From the IMG/VR virus record IMGVR_UViG_3300010965_000002, positions 1 through 64,000 of that record: a DNA stretch of 64,000 nt; one strand, 5' to 3'. This DNA comes from a virus. Below, one piece after another: positions 44,413 through 53,827 of this stretch (within the stretch, counting starts at the first letter, position 1; each line of letters opens with the position of its first letter). A model generated the notes under the pieces. The model was not told the origin of the DNA, made no database searches, and saw only the letters and a program-made list of their open reading frames with translations. The translations under genes were made by a program, and so were the position numbers.

Positions 44413-45437
44413 GAGAACGATAACATCCTGTATATTGGACTAACTGTAGTTAGCCACTTTTGATACTCAGCCGTGGGCTTGCTGTTAACCAACACAATAT
44501 GATGCAGTGGACTTACATAAAGACCTGAACTCTTTCCTGATGAAGTATGTAGAGCTACTACGTTGCTGACACGCACTAAGCTATTTACATATTCATCCCA
44601 AGAAACTTCACGGGGGAGCTTCACAGTTTTAACTCGACTCTCAATTACCCATTTGGCAGCTTGTTCGTAGAAACTACGCTCCATACTGCTATGTGGGTCG
44701 GTGTCTAAAAAACTCAGTGTTGCACTGTCTTTTGCTTCGTCTAACCACTTATACATCGCAATGCTAAGAGCCTTAGCTTGTTTGATGATAGGTGCGTTGC
44801 GTCGTTTGTCGTACAGATGCAAACCAACTTCGGTTCCTGAAAAACAACGTGTAAGACCTTCGTCGAGTACGTCGAGTTGACCTCGAAAGTCGCCTAACGA
44901 TCTGCATTTGAACTTTCGTAGCTGGTCAACTCTACCGGCAAAAAGTATTAGGTCTTCATCTACACTCTTGCTGGCACGGGCGTCGTTAGCCAAATCAACT
45001 AATGTTGAGAAGGCCACAACCAAGTCTACAGGTACTGTAGTGAATACCAGTGCCCAAGGCAGCGATTGACGTGTGTAAGCACCTGTCATATGATGTTGAT
45101 TGCACAATCCCTTGTCTGCGTCCTCAGACAGATTTAATAGACTGTCAATCAATGGCATGTACCAATCATACTCTGGATTGGCGTACCGTGTGGACCTAAC
45201 AATCTTTTTAGCCACATCTGATACCAGAGAGACTGCAGGAGCTTGCTTTGACCCACACCAAGTGTGGTAGTCAGCATCAATAGCACTTAGCGCAGCCCCA
45301 TACGTATGATTGTCTTTTTCAAGCTGTTGAATAAGCGTAGGCACTTGTTCTCGCACGTTGACCCAGTTAGTAACTAGACCGTTCGTGCGATTTTGAAATC
45401 GAGGAAAACTTTTTTCCACTGTTTCATAGAAAGTCAT
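44409..45437 (-). CDS. Hypothetical protein, paralog of 45446-46540
   Basis: Shared C-terminus AA.WVI..LPR..W.EYVN.L..KWL...SPIYR.L.FS. Confidence 0.8.
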   Translation of the reverse strand: MTFYETVEKSFPRFQNRTNGLVTNWVNVREQVPTLIQQLEKDNHTYGAALSAIDADYHTWCGSKQAPAVSLVSDVAKKIVRSTRYANPEYDWYMPLIDSLLNLSEDADKGLCNQHHMTGAYTRQSLPWALVFTTVPVDLVVAFSTLVDLANDARASKSVDEDLILFAGRVDQLRKFKCRSLGDFRGQLDVLDEGLTRCFSGTEVGLHLYDKRRNAPIIKQAKALSIAMYKWLDEAKDSATLSFLDTDPHSSMERSFYEQAAKWVIESRVKTVKLPREVSWDEYVNSLVRVSNVVALHTSSGKSSGLYVSPLHHIVLVNSKPTAEYQKWLTTVSPIYRMLSFS

Positions 45438-45445
45438 GTTGCATC

Positions 45446-46540
45446 CTAAGAGAATGCTAGCAATCTGTATATAGGGCTACTTGTTTGCAGCCACTTCCAG
45501 AATGCAGCGTTAGGTACGCTGTGACAAAACACAGCATGTTGAAAGGCATCGGCCAAGCAATCTGCCTTACGTTGTTCTCTGTTGGCAAGAATCGCGTTCT
45601 GAACTGTAGTCAAACAGTTCACGTATTCTTTCCATTCGGGAAGTCTAGGCAGACTGGTAGTAGTCAAACCGTTGGTGATAACCCATTGGGCGGCCACTTC
45701 ATGTAGTGAATGGCATACTTTATTGCGACTGTCGCCATGCTCTAAGCTGAAAGTGTGCTCTGATGCAGGCGCTGTAGAAATCCAGTCATACAGATCGCTA
45801 ACCAGGGTTAGCAAAGCTCGTTGGATTCTTACTGGAACTTTCTTATCTTCCACGAAGACGCCCAAACTTGAGTAGCTAAATAACTGACCTAGCTTTTCAC
45901 TATCAGCTTTCAACGTATTTGTCAAGTCCTCGGAAGAGGAAATGTGCTTCATCCATTTTGTAAGACTAAAGTCCTTTAGCTTTGCAACGACATTTAATAG
46001 TGTCACCTTGTTATCCCAATCGTTTTCTTGTGCTGACCGTTCAGCTTGAAATCTCATTGGCGCAATCTCAAGTAAATCCGTCTTTATATTTGACAGATCA
46101 TAAATGAGTGTTTCAGGAATTTGGCTAAATGCTACAGCCCAGACTTCACTAACGGTGGTTCCTGGGCCGTCAATCAAGTTAGCACAAAAGCCGTCATTGA
46201 TGGCGGCACGGCGACCCTCTTTGTTCAAGAGCGCGTTTGCAGGATAGTCAGCCCATGTGTAGTCTGGATAACTACGTCCACGTATTGGGAACGCTAACCA
46301 GTGATGTGTTAGCTTAACGTCTATGGGGATGAAATCTTCTTGGCTTTTACTCCACAACAAATAGTCCTGTTCCATGGATTTAGTGTCTATTTGTCGATGG
46401 CCTTCTGGTACAAGTCGGCTAGACTCCGCGAACGACGGAAAGATTTTTTCCATTTTGTCCCAGTCAACATCCAGCTTATGCTCAGACTTGTAAAAACTGG
46501 GCACTGGGAATAACTGATGCAAGTTTCTGTCGAATTTCAT
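45446..46540 (-). CDS. Hypothetical protein, paralog of 44409-45437
   Basis: Same shared C-terminal motif. Confidence 0.8.
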   Translation of the reverse strand: MKFDRNLHQLFPVPSFYKSEHKLDVDWDKMEKIFPSFAESSRLVPEGHRQIDTKSMEQDYLLWSKSQEDFIPIDVKLTHHWLAFPIRGRSYPDYTWADYPANALLNKEGRRAAINDGFCANLIDGPGTTVSEVWAVAFSQIPETLIYDLSNIKTDLLEIAPMRFQAERSAQENDWDNKVTLLNVVAKLKDFSLTKWMKHISSSEDLTNTLKADSEKLGQLFSYSSLGVFVEDKKVPVRIQRALLTLVSDLYDWISTAPASEHTFSLEHGDSRNKVCHSLHEVAAQWVITNGLTTTSLPRLPEWKEYVNCLTTVQNAILANREQRKADCLADAFQHAVFCHSVPNAAFWKWLQTSSPIYRLLAFS

Positions 46541-46542
46541 TT

Positions 46543-47688
46543 TTAGATTCCTCTGAAAAAACCAGGAGCACGAATACGTGCGATTTTTGCGTCTTCTACT
46601 TTATGCACATAGAGTTCAAGACGCATGGCCTCAACGATTGAGTCACGCTCAACAACACCTTGTGTAGTGAGTAGTCGCGCATTCTCCATAATGGCTACAG
46701 GGTCCTCTGTAAGTATGTTACCATGAAGCATGTAGTTGCCAACGTGGTCAATAACTGAACAGTCAATGTCAGGTCTTAACCCTCGACCAATCATCTGCTT
46801 GTACAGCGCCCGACTGTGTGCTGGTCGCACCATGATAATGGCACCTACGTTTCCAATGTCCGTACCCTCAGTAAAGACTTCGCAGTTAATCAACGCTTTC
46901 AATGAACCTTTCTCAAAGGCTCGTATAGCATTACTGCGGTCTTTTGTTGCAGTCCTGGATGTTACGGATTTGACCATAACATTGCTTTCCAGGAGCTCAC
47001 GTTCCACAAGTTCGCAATGTTCCTGATTGCAGCAATAGATAATTGCTTTACGGCCAGGTGCGTATTTCTGCCAAGCACGTAGTATGTCACCCGCTTGTAC
47101 GACAACACGTACTTTACGGAAGGCTTCATCGGCAGCAAATTCTTCTTGCACAGTCCGACGTACCTCGTTGAAGTCAACATCGGTTGATGCTATGTACTTG
47201 ATACGCGCTAAATAACCTTGTGATACCAATTCAGTTATTGAGGGTGCTGTAACAATAGCATCAAAGTCTTTTTGCAGACTGACTCCATCCTGTCGATAAG
47301 GTGTTGCTGTAGCACCTAGCACAAGTTGGTCTATAGAACGTGCTGCTATCAGAGCCTTCTGATAAGTTCTAGCGGCAGCATGGTGAGCTTCGTCAATGAA
47401 GAAGCCTGTACTCTTTTCGAGAGCTTGATACATTGACTTGCTACCTATAGTAGCCACAACGCTATTAACGCCTAAGCGATCAAACGATTTTTTGAGTTGT
47501 TTTTTAATCTCGACTCTGTGGGCAACAGCAGTGAGATTGAGGCGCAATCTACGTGCGGCTTCACCGATCATTAGAGTCTTACCTGAGCCAGTAGCACTGA
47601 CTAGCAGTATGCTACGAGCGCCTGCTCTAGCTAATGACACGATTTCACTGATACACGTTTCTTGGTATGGGTGTGGATGAAAAGACAT
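46543..47688 (-). CDS. SF2 DExH helicase
   Basis: ATGSGKT, DEAHH, TATP, FTEGTD, QMIGRGLR. Confidence 0.93.
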   Translation of the reverse strand: MSFHPHPYQETCISEIVSLARAGARSILLVSATGSGKTLMIGEAARRLRLNLTAVAHRVEIKKQLKKSFDRLGVNSVVATIGSKSMYQALEKSTGFFIDEAHHAAARTYQKALIAARSIDQLVLGATATPYRQDGVSLQKDFDAIVTAPSITELVSQGYLARIKYIASTDVDFNEVRRTVQEEFAADEAFRKVRVVVQAGDILRAWQKYAPGRKAIIYCCNQEHCELVERELLESNVMVKSVTSRTATKDRSNAIRAFEKGSLKALINCEVFTEGTDIGNVGAIIMVRPAHSRALYKQMIGRGLRPDIDCSVIDHVGNYMLHGNILTEDPVAIMENARLLTTQGVVERDSIVEAMRLELYVHKVEDAKIARIRAPGFFRGI

Positions 47689-47728
47689 GGTAGTCCTATA
47701 ACAAAACAAAACAGAACGGGTGCGACAA

Positions 47729-48166
47729 CTAAGCCGCTAACTTCTCAGCTACTGCTGAGGTGTTGACACTGATATAAGGCATGCCACCGGGCAGCGCACG
47801 CCACAAGTCACGTTCCATGAGAAACGTGCAGAAGCCAGCCGCCATACCTAGCGCCAGCAATTCGTCGCAACTGCGATGTTCGCCCCATTGCTCACCATCA
47901 CGGGTAACACACAATTGCAAGAAAGACATACCACCGCCACCGCCTTGGTCAACTGGAAAGAAGTCCAGTGAGAGTTCGTTCAACATCGCCTTGATGTTTT
48001 CGGTCTGTGTCTTGACTTTGACGCTGTTGAAGCCTGCGTTCAACATTACGCTGTGAACTTTGATAGGCTCAGGTGCACCATCACGCAGTTTGCCATCAAC
48101 TACGTCGGTATCGTCGTACAGACAGGCCATGATTGTTGCTTTGACATTTGTTGCTGTGAGTTTCAT
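47729..48166 (-). CDS. Hypothetical protein
   Basis: AGGAG SD. Confidence 0.75.
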   Translation of the reverse strand: MKLTATNVKATIMACLYDDTDVVDGKLRDGAPEPIKVHSVMLNAGFNSVKVKTQTENIKAMLNELSLDFFPVDQGGGGGMSFLQLCVTRDGEQWGEHRSCDELLALGMAAGFCTFLMERDLWRALPGGMPYISVNTSAVAEKLAA

Positions 48167-48231
48167 GAATATCTCCTAAACGAAAAATGGATAGCACGTC
48201 AATGTGCTATCCGGGGTTTATATATCTAGTG

Positions 48232-48525
48232 TCAGAGGTCAGTGACGTTGACAGTAACCAGTTGCCAATTCAGCTTGGGCAAGTCCATGCCGAGAACAAC
48301 CTGATCGACTTCATCAATGTGGCTAATATGCAAAACGCGCATGGCACAATCAAAATCAGAGGTGAACTTAACTGTCTTCACCTTTGAATCGGCATCGGCT
48401 TGGTCGAGTTCGTGTATGTACGCATTGCCTAGCCGAGCCACGTAGTATTCGGTGAACGGGCGAGCATTGATGTCTTTGGCCTTAGCACCGCGTGCTTGCT
48501 TTGGGGCTGCATTTTTCTTGGTCAT
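48232..48525 (-). CDS. Hypothetical protein
   Basis: First gene after promoter; GGAG SD. Confidence 0.65.
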   Translation of the reverse strand: MTKKNAAPKQARGAKAKDINARPFTEYYVARLGNAYIHELDQADADSKVKTVKFTSDFDCAMRVLHISHIDEVDQVVLGMDLPKLNWQLVTVNVTDL

Positions 48526-48564
48526 CGTGGATTCTCCAGTTTTCGGCAAAATAGCCGTAATTTG

Positions 48565-48656
48565 ATTATACCACACTTTTTTGACGCTGTAAACCACGAA
48601 AAACAAGCCATTTTGCTCAATTTTTAAGCAAAACCACTGTTTTTAGCGGTTTTTCA
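48565..48656 (-). promoter_or_regulatory. sigma70 promoter with upstream phased A-tracts
   Basis: TTTACA (48588-93)-17 bp-TATAAT (48565-70). Confidence 0.85.
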
Positions 48657-48825
48657 TGCGTGCCAAGTATGGCTTTGGTACAGGCTTCGCATTCCACTGG
48701 ACGCCTGTGCTTTCTCGTTTCCACTGGGCGCGGCGATCTCTTGGTTCACTGTCGTCTGACTGACAAGGGTCTGGGCCAAAGTCATCATCAGGTTCAAGGT
48801 CTGCAACATCATTTTGATTGCTCAT
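48643..48825 (-). CDS. Small hypothetical protein
   Basis: ORF. Confidence 0.5.
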   Translation of the reverse strand: MSNQNDVADLEPDDDFGPDPCQSDDSEPRDRRAQWKRESTGVQWNAKPVPKPYLARMKNR

Positions 48826-48826
48826 T

Positions 48827-49063
48827 TCAGTCTTTCGTTGTTTTGTATGGTACTTCTTGATCAGGTCCATTCAGACCTAACAGTAGCAAAGGTACAAACG
48901 CGAGTAACAACCAGCAGCCAGTGAATGCCCAATAGTTTGGAGACAGCAACCACGCAGGTGCAGCCGACCAATGAGAGAACAGCCAACACCAAACGAGAAA
49001 GCCTACAAACGTAAAGGCTAGAAATGCGCAGACAATTGCTGCAATAGTTATCAGTGTTTTCAT
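48827..49063 (-). CDS. Two-TM membrane protein
   Basis: Hydrophobic ORF. Confidence 0.6.
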   Translation of the reverse strand: MKTLITIAAIVCAFLAFTFVGFLVWCWLFSHWSAAPAWLLSPNYWAFTGCWLLLAFVPLLLLGLNGPDQEVPYKTTKD

Positions 49064-49620
49064 GCCTCGCTCTCGCTACATTTGATTGGTTCACCGCCAG
49101 TAGATACAAGGCTAACACCAAAAGCCTCGATGGAGTCAATCTTTCGATATTGAAGACCATGCGCTTCACGACCTGCGTCCACAATGTCACGCAGTTCCAA
49201 CCAGAAGGTATGGTAGCGTTGCGTGCGCTCAAAGTCTTTCTGGGTGATACCCTTCAAGCGTCGAATGTCACTGTTGTCACGCAGGTCTTCCATCTTGACC
49301 AGAATACTATCCCAGTTGCTTTTAACTTTCGCTTTGTATTCTTCGTAGCTTTCGCCAGCAATCTTTGTCAAGCAACGGATACCGTTAATAACACGCTCTG
49401 GCATACCAGCCTCACGAAGTTGTTGATAGGTGAAGCCGCAGTCTTCAACAAGATCGTGACCCAATGCGATACATTGCAAAAACTCGTCCTTAGTACGAAG
49501 TCTGTGCATGATACGCAATGGATGCAGAATGTAAGGATTACCACCCTTATCAAACTGACCATCGTGACCATTGACTGTGAGCACCAGCATCGTACTCAGC
49601 ATACTACCTTTCTTGACCAT
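49060..49620 (-). CDS. SpoT/Mesh1-like HD-domain hydrolase (small alarmone hydrolase candidate)
   Basis: HDGQFDKGGNPYILHP, ALGHDLVEDC, LTK, LVKMEDLRDN. Confidence 0.85.
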   Translation of the reverse strand: MVKKGSMLSTMLVLTVNGHDGQFDKGGNPYILHPLRIMHRLRTKDEFLQCIALGHDLVEDCGFTYQQLREAGMPERVINGIRCLTKIAGESYEEYKAKVKSNWDSILVKMEDLRDNSDIRRLKGITQKDFERTQRYHTFWLELRDIVDAGREAHGLQYRKIDSIEAFGVSLVSTGGEPIKCSESEA

Positions 49621-49870
49621 CTTGATTCTCCTTGATGTATTGAACATCGAAATTGCAGCGGGATAAGTAAGCTCTGTCACCAGACAACTGTAAGTCTAAA
49701 CGTTCAAGGGCTTCATAAAACGGCTTTGGTTCATGCCGTGTGTGGTAGGCTCTACGATGGAAAGCTGCTGAGGCTTTGACAACCTCAATGGCAAACTGTG
49801 TTGCGTCCATAGCTTCTTGGGCAAGAGCGGCCTCGTTTACCGCACGCATTAGCTCAAGACGGATACTCAT
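49604..49870 (-). CDS. Hypothetical protein
   Basis: ORF. Confidence 0.55.
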   Translation of the reverse strand: MSIRLELMRAVNEAALAQEAMDATQFAIEVVKASAAFHRRAYHTRHEPKPFYEALERLDLQLSGDRAYLSRCNFDVQYIKENQDGQER

Positions 49871-50255
49871 TTGGAAAGCCTGTGAACAAAATGCGGATAC
49901 GTTCGCGCCATGTGAATGGCTTTGGTGCAGGCACATGCGTTATGGTGTAAACACGAGGCGGCTCCGGCGGAAGACCCAAACGTTCGCGCAGCAACTCTGG
50001 ATTGGGCTTCAAATGCTCGGGCACACGACAAGTCAAAGGATTGACGTAAACTCGATGCCAGAACTTATCCAAGTAAATGATGTGCGCTTTTTCAACGTGA
50101 ATGCCTTTAGGTGTCTTACCACTATGTTGGTTCAGTATCCAAGTTTCTGCAAGGCGGCGTGTGGCCGCACAGTGCAATTCTTCGCGTCGAGGCCACGTAC
50201 CTTGTGTCACTAACCATGTTGGCGTTGTACCAGCAGGCCAGAAATCCTTTTTCAT
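49854..50255 (-). CDS. Hypothetical protein
   Basis: ORF. Confidence 0.6.
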   Translation of the reverse strand: MKKDFWPAGTTPTWLVTQGTWPRREELHCAATRRLAETWILNQHSGKTPKGIHVEKAHIIYLDKFWHRVYVNPLTCRVPEHLKPNPELLRERLGLPPEPPRVYTITHVPAPKPFTWRERIRILFTGFPNEYPS

Positions 50256-50758
50256 GCTTTACCTCGTAGTGATTTTTCTTTCGGCATCTTTGCCAAAATC
50301 TTTTTGTGGGTGGCTGCGTCCAACTCTTTAACGTCAACCAACTTTGCCACAATCAACGTCCAGCCTTCTTTCCAGGTACGCTTGGCAAGGCGCACACTAC
50401 TGCTGTGCTGCTTACCATTGTCACTGACATTCAACCAGAAGGCTTCAACATCGTAGCCTTGGCTATCTTTACCAACACGATAACCAATGCCTTTGATGCC
50501 AGTATTGGTGTTGCTACCGAATGGGTCAAACACTCGCTTGACAGCAGAAGCCTTTTGCAGTGCTTCGTATTTCTTGTCAAGGTCTTCTGCCTGACGCCAT
50601 AGTTCTTTGCGTTCGGCCTCAGTAGCATCACGCCATGCAGTCACACCTTTACGTGTGACTGGTTTACGAAAAGAGAAATGCGTTTGTTTGGGTTTACCGT
50701 CGATTGTTCGTTGTACTCGAAGGCCCTTAAATTTACCGTTTAACTCGCGTACACTCAT
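50252..50758 (-). CDS. Basic protein with AP2-like DNA-binding segment (tentative)
   Basis: NTNTGIKGI.Y..W...V..NGKQHS pattern. Confidence 0.5.
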   Translation of the reverse strand: MSVRELNGKFKGLRVQRTIDGKPKQTHFSFRKPVTRKGVTAWRDATEAERKELWRQAEDLDKKYEALQKASAVKRVFDPFGSNTNTGIKGIGYRVGKDSQGYDVEAFWLNVSDNGKQHSSSVRLAKRTWKEGWTLIVAKLVDVKELDAATHKKILAKMPKEKSLRGKA

Positions 50759-50822
50759 TGTGTACTCCTTTGGAAATCAGCTTATGGCTGTGTAGCAAAT
50801 GCCGCACCTAAGCACGGCATAG

Positions 50823-51080
50823 TTAGTTTGTTGGCATGTGTTGACCTTCGGTGCAAAGTGGGTCAGGGTCACCAGAGTTAATCAAATACGCGCATTTCTG
50901 GCAGTAGTATTTGTATGTTCCCTTGTTGTACCAAGTTGCATTTGGTTGCTGACATGCCTGTCGATTGCAGTTACCTTCAAAGACACCTTTGAGTGTTGGG
51001 TCTTTGTTGCACACGCAACGATCAGGTTTGTATTGGTGGCAAACGTCACAGCGCAACTGTGCGCCGAACATGAGGCTCAT
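50823..51080 (-). CDS. Cys-rich hypothetical protein
   Basis: Several CxxC motifs. Confidence 0.65.
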   Translation of the reverse strand: MSLMFGAQLRCDVCHQYKPDRCVCNKDPTLKGVFEGNCNRQACQQPNATWYNKGTYKYYCQKCAYLINSGDPDPLCTEGQHMPTN

Positions 51081-51307
51081 GTGGTTAACCCTTCTTCAAG
51101 GTTTGTGTTGCGAACATCAGCTTGCATAGGCTCTACGTAGCGACGTTCAATAACGCGCTCCGCCTCTGTGCCAGATAGCTGCTCTAGTTCTGGGTCGCTT
51201 GTTTGGAAACAGTCAGCCAAGAACAAAGCACCAAGGTTAGATGCGTTCTTGTTCTTAGCCAACCATTGTTTCCACGCGTCCCGGGTGAGACGACGTTGGA
51301 TGGTCAT
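51077..51307 (-). CDS. Hypothetical protein
   Basis: Coupled ORF. Confidence 0.6.
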   Translation of the reverse strand: MTIQRRLTRDAWKQWLAKNKNASNLGALFLADCFQTSDPELEQLSGTEAERVIERRYVEPMQADVRNTNLEEGLTT

Positions 51308-51534
51308 AGTGACAGTTCCAGTTGCTTGACCTCTTTAGGTGTCAGCAAGTTGAGCGTGGAGGCCCGAATGAGCAAATACTGCATCACCGCTTTGAACTTG
51401 GGATGCTTATTATTGCGCGCGGCCAAATTGTGCAGCAACCACTTCACTGTATCGGGACGTGAAGCGTCGCGGCGGTTGATAGGCAGGTCCATCTTTGACA
51501 GATCGTTGTTAATCTGCTCAACCGGGTTTTCCAT
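51304..51534 (-). CDS. Hypothetical protein
   Basis: AAGGA SD. Confidence 0.6.
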   Translation of the reverse strand: MENPVEQINNDLSKMDLPINRRDASRPDTVKWLLHNLAARNNKHPKFKAVMQYLLIRASTLNLLTPKEVKQLELSL

Positions 51535-51548
51535 TTTCAATTCCTTTG

Positions 51549-52496
51549 TTACTGGATAGTCCACATATCGTCAACCAGACGACGTGGGTCATTGAACCAA
51601 GCAAACGGCATTTTGAAGTAGCCGTTGATACCCCAGTTGGCACCCCAACTGTTACGAACCCAAACAAACTTCTTCTTGAGGTCGTATCCCACAGCTACCA
51701 CAGCGTGACCGCCGAGGATAACTTCGTTTTTCTTTGGCAGCGCCAGCAGAGCACTGGCAGGCAAGTTTTCAAAACTGGCAGGCACCGAGAAGCCGAAGGT
51801 CACAGTGTTGCCGTTTGCCAAAGAGTTCAGCAAAGCGTCGAGTGTCAGGACACGGTAGTAACCCAACTTGCGCTTGGCGATTTCAGCCAGCAAACCAGTC
51901 TTGGCCTGATTGAAAGCCGCATTGCTGGGCTTGAGTGCAAACTTCTTGACATCGTAAGGCCACAGAGTTTCAACGCTGGTACCTGTCTTGGTCAGCCCTT
52001 TGATAACGCTGCGAATCTGTGCGCCATCATCTGTGCCCACAGTACCGTCGATCACGCGACCGTTGTAGTAGGCCATCAAACGGCTCAGAGCTTGAGTCAT
52101 GCCCAACTTGATTTCCAGCATGGAAGTCGAACTGTTGCCAGTGCAGCTACCGAGGTTGCCTTGATCTTCAATCACGTTGTCAAAGCCGATGCGGTCAACA
52201 ACCGCAGGCAGACCAGCTTTCAACTTCTTGACGGTGTACACGCGGTCACGGTGATCGGGTACATCAGGACGCCAAGAGAACGTGCGAACCAACTTTGCGC
52301 CAGTGCGATGCGGCTTTGCCTTGGCAGCCACTGGAGCAGCAGGCTTGGCGTGCGCGGCGACTTTCTTGATTGCCTTGACCATAGCTTTTGCCATAGTGGT
52401 GGGCTTTGCCTTGGCAGCCACTGCTGGCTTGGTTGCCTTAACTGCGTTCTTTGGTGCAGCAGCTTTTTTGCTTGCAGCGGGTTTCTTTGTTGCCAT
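51549..52496 (-). CDS. Papain-family (C1) cysteine protease with Lys/Ala-rich N-terminal tail
   Basis: DQGNLGSCTG, GGHAVVAVGY, VRNSWG..WG..GYF. Confidence 0.93.
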   Translation of the reverse strand: MATKKPAASKKAAAPKNAVKATKPAVAAKAKPTTMAKAMVKAIKKVAAHAKPAAPVAAKAKPHRTGAKLVRTFSWRPDVPDHRDRVYTVKKLKAGLPAVVDRIGFDNVIEDQGNLGSCTGNSSTSMLEIKLGMTQALSRLMAYYNGRVIDGTVGTDDGAQIRSVIKGLTKTGTSVETLWPYDVKKFALKPSNAAFNQAKTGLLAEIAKRKLGYYRVLTLDALLNSLANGNTVTFGFSVPASFENLPASALLALPKKNEVILGGHAVVAVGYDLKKKFVWVRNSWGANWGINGYFKMPFAWFNDPRRLVDDMWTIQ

Positions 52497-52602
52497 TTGG
52501 ATTTCCTTAGTAAGTCAGATCAGTTTAACGCCTTGACCATTTAGGGCGACATGCTCTCAAAAGTCCGAGAAGCGTATGACAGTTATTTACAAGAGCGGTT
52601 TT

Positions 52603-53292
52603 TCATCCTCGGTTCTTGTCCAACCACGTCATAAGGTTAGTACGCGCAGTCATTACCTTCGTGCTGTAAGAGTTACCAGGCAGGTGCAGTGAGCCATTGT
52701 ATTGCAACAAGGCCTTGCGCATGTCGCCGTTGTACCAGCTAAGATACTCAGCCATGACCTCAGTGCCAACACGAATGTTGTTCTTCGGGTCATATACATG
52801 CGCAGTGTTAGGCATCTTGTCCATGTGCCACTTTGGTATGACCTGAGTCAAACCAATTGCACCTGCCGTACTTCGAGCGGTGTAATCGAATTCGCTTTCC
52901 ACCTTCATGATAGCAAGCATCACAAAAGGGTCAACGTCTGCTTTGGCCGCGTTGTTAAACGTTTCCTCAACAACCAACTTTGCGAACTCGGCACTCACAG
53001 GCTTCTTGGCATTCTTCTGCACCCATGCAACTGTCTGCTTGAACAGCACACTGTCGTTAGGTGCAGCCACCGATACCGTCTGCTTTCCTGTGTGTACAGG
53101 TTTCCATCGTGCGTCAAACCATTCTTGGAATACGCCGTAGGCATGAACACTGCTTACCAACATAAAGGCCAAGATCAGAAAGGCAAGCACGACTTTGCGC
53201 TTTGAATGGGTGGTCATACCAATATGAACACGCACACCTTTCTTAGTTGGAATCACACGCGGCACACCGCTGCAAAGGTGGTTAGCAATCAT
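52603..53292 (-). CDS. Soluble lytic transglycosylase (SLT) with N-terminal hydrophobic segment
   Basis: IMKVESEF catalytic Glu, A.GLTQV, YNG; start uncertain. Confidence 0.88.
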   Translation of the reverse strand: MIANHLCSGVPRVIPTKKGVRVHIGMTTHSKRKVVLAFLILAFMLVSSVHAYGVFQEWFDARWKPVHTGKQTVSVAAPNDSVLFKQTVAWVQKNAKKPVSAEFAKLVVEETFNNAAKADVDPFVMLAIMKVESEFDYTARSTAGAIGLTQVIPKWHMDKMPNTAHVYDPKNNIRVGTEVMAEYLSWYNGDMRKALLQYNGSLHLPGNSYSTKVMTARTNLMTWLDKNRG

Positions 53293-53633
53293 AGTCGTTC
53301 TCCTTGAAAAGAAACCGTTTTACGATCATTAGAAATCACAGGCCAGTAACCGAACGCCGTGATAGAGCCTTCGCGTGTCATGGTCGTGGTCAAGGCGTTA
53401 ATCCAGTCCTTGTACTGGTTGACCGTGTTGAGGTGATGCTCTGTCAAATCAGGGTCGGTCAGGTCGGTAACTTCACGATCAAAAATGTACTGACGTGGAA
53501 ACGTATCTTCCACTTCAACACAGTTCAATTCGATGTAGGTCCGCACTTGAATGGCGGCGATACACAGGCTAGTCATTTGCAACATTTCAGTTTCCTTAAG
53601 GTTAGTATTCATCATATTCATTTTGCTACCCAT
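53289..53633 (-). CDS. Hypothetical protein
   Basis: ORF. Confidence 0.55.
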   Translation of the reverse strand: MGSKMNMMNTNLKETEMLQMTSLCIAAIQVRTYIELNCVEVEDTFPRQYIFDREVTDLTDPDLTEHHLNTVNQYKDWINALTTTMTREGSITAFGYWPVISNDRKTVSFQGERL

Positions 53634-53827
53634 ACACGTTCGTACTTACCTTTCAATGCTTCTTTGCATGTCATAGGCGGCCGGTTGTTAGGAACTGTCA
53701 CACGTACACATTGTTGTGTGACAGCGGATATTTCTACCTGAGGTAGATCAAGATACTCGGCCAGCATTGCGTAGCCTGCCACCAGACACAGCATTACTAC
53801 AGCTAACCAAAGAAGGGCTGCTTTCAT
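53618..53827 (-). CDS. Small exported or membrane protein
   Basis: N-terminal TM helix, Cys pair; GAGG SD. Confidence 0.6.
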   Translation of the reverse strand: MKAALLWLAVVMLCLVAGYAMLAEYLDLPQVEISAVTQQCVRVTVPNNRPPMTCKEALKGKYERVWVAK

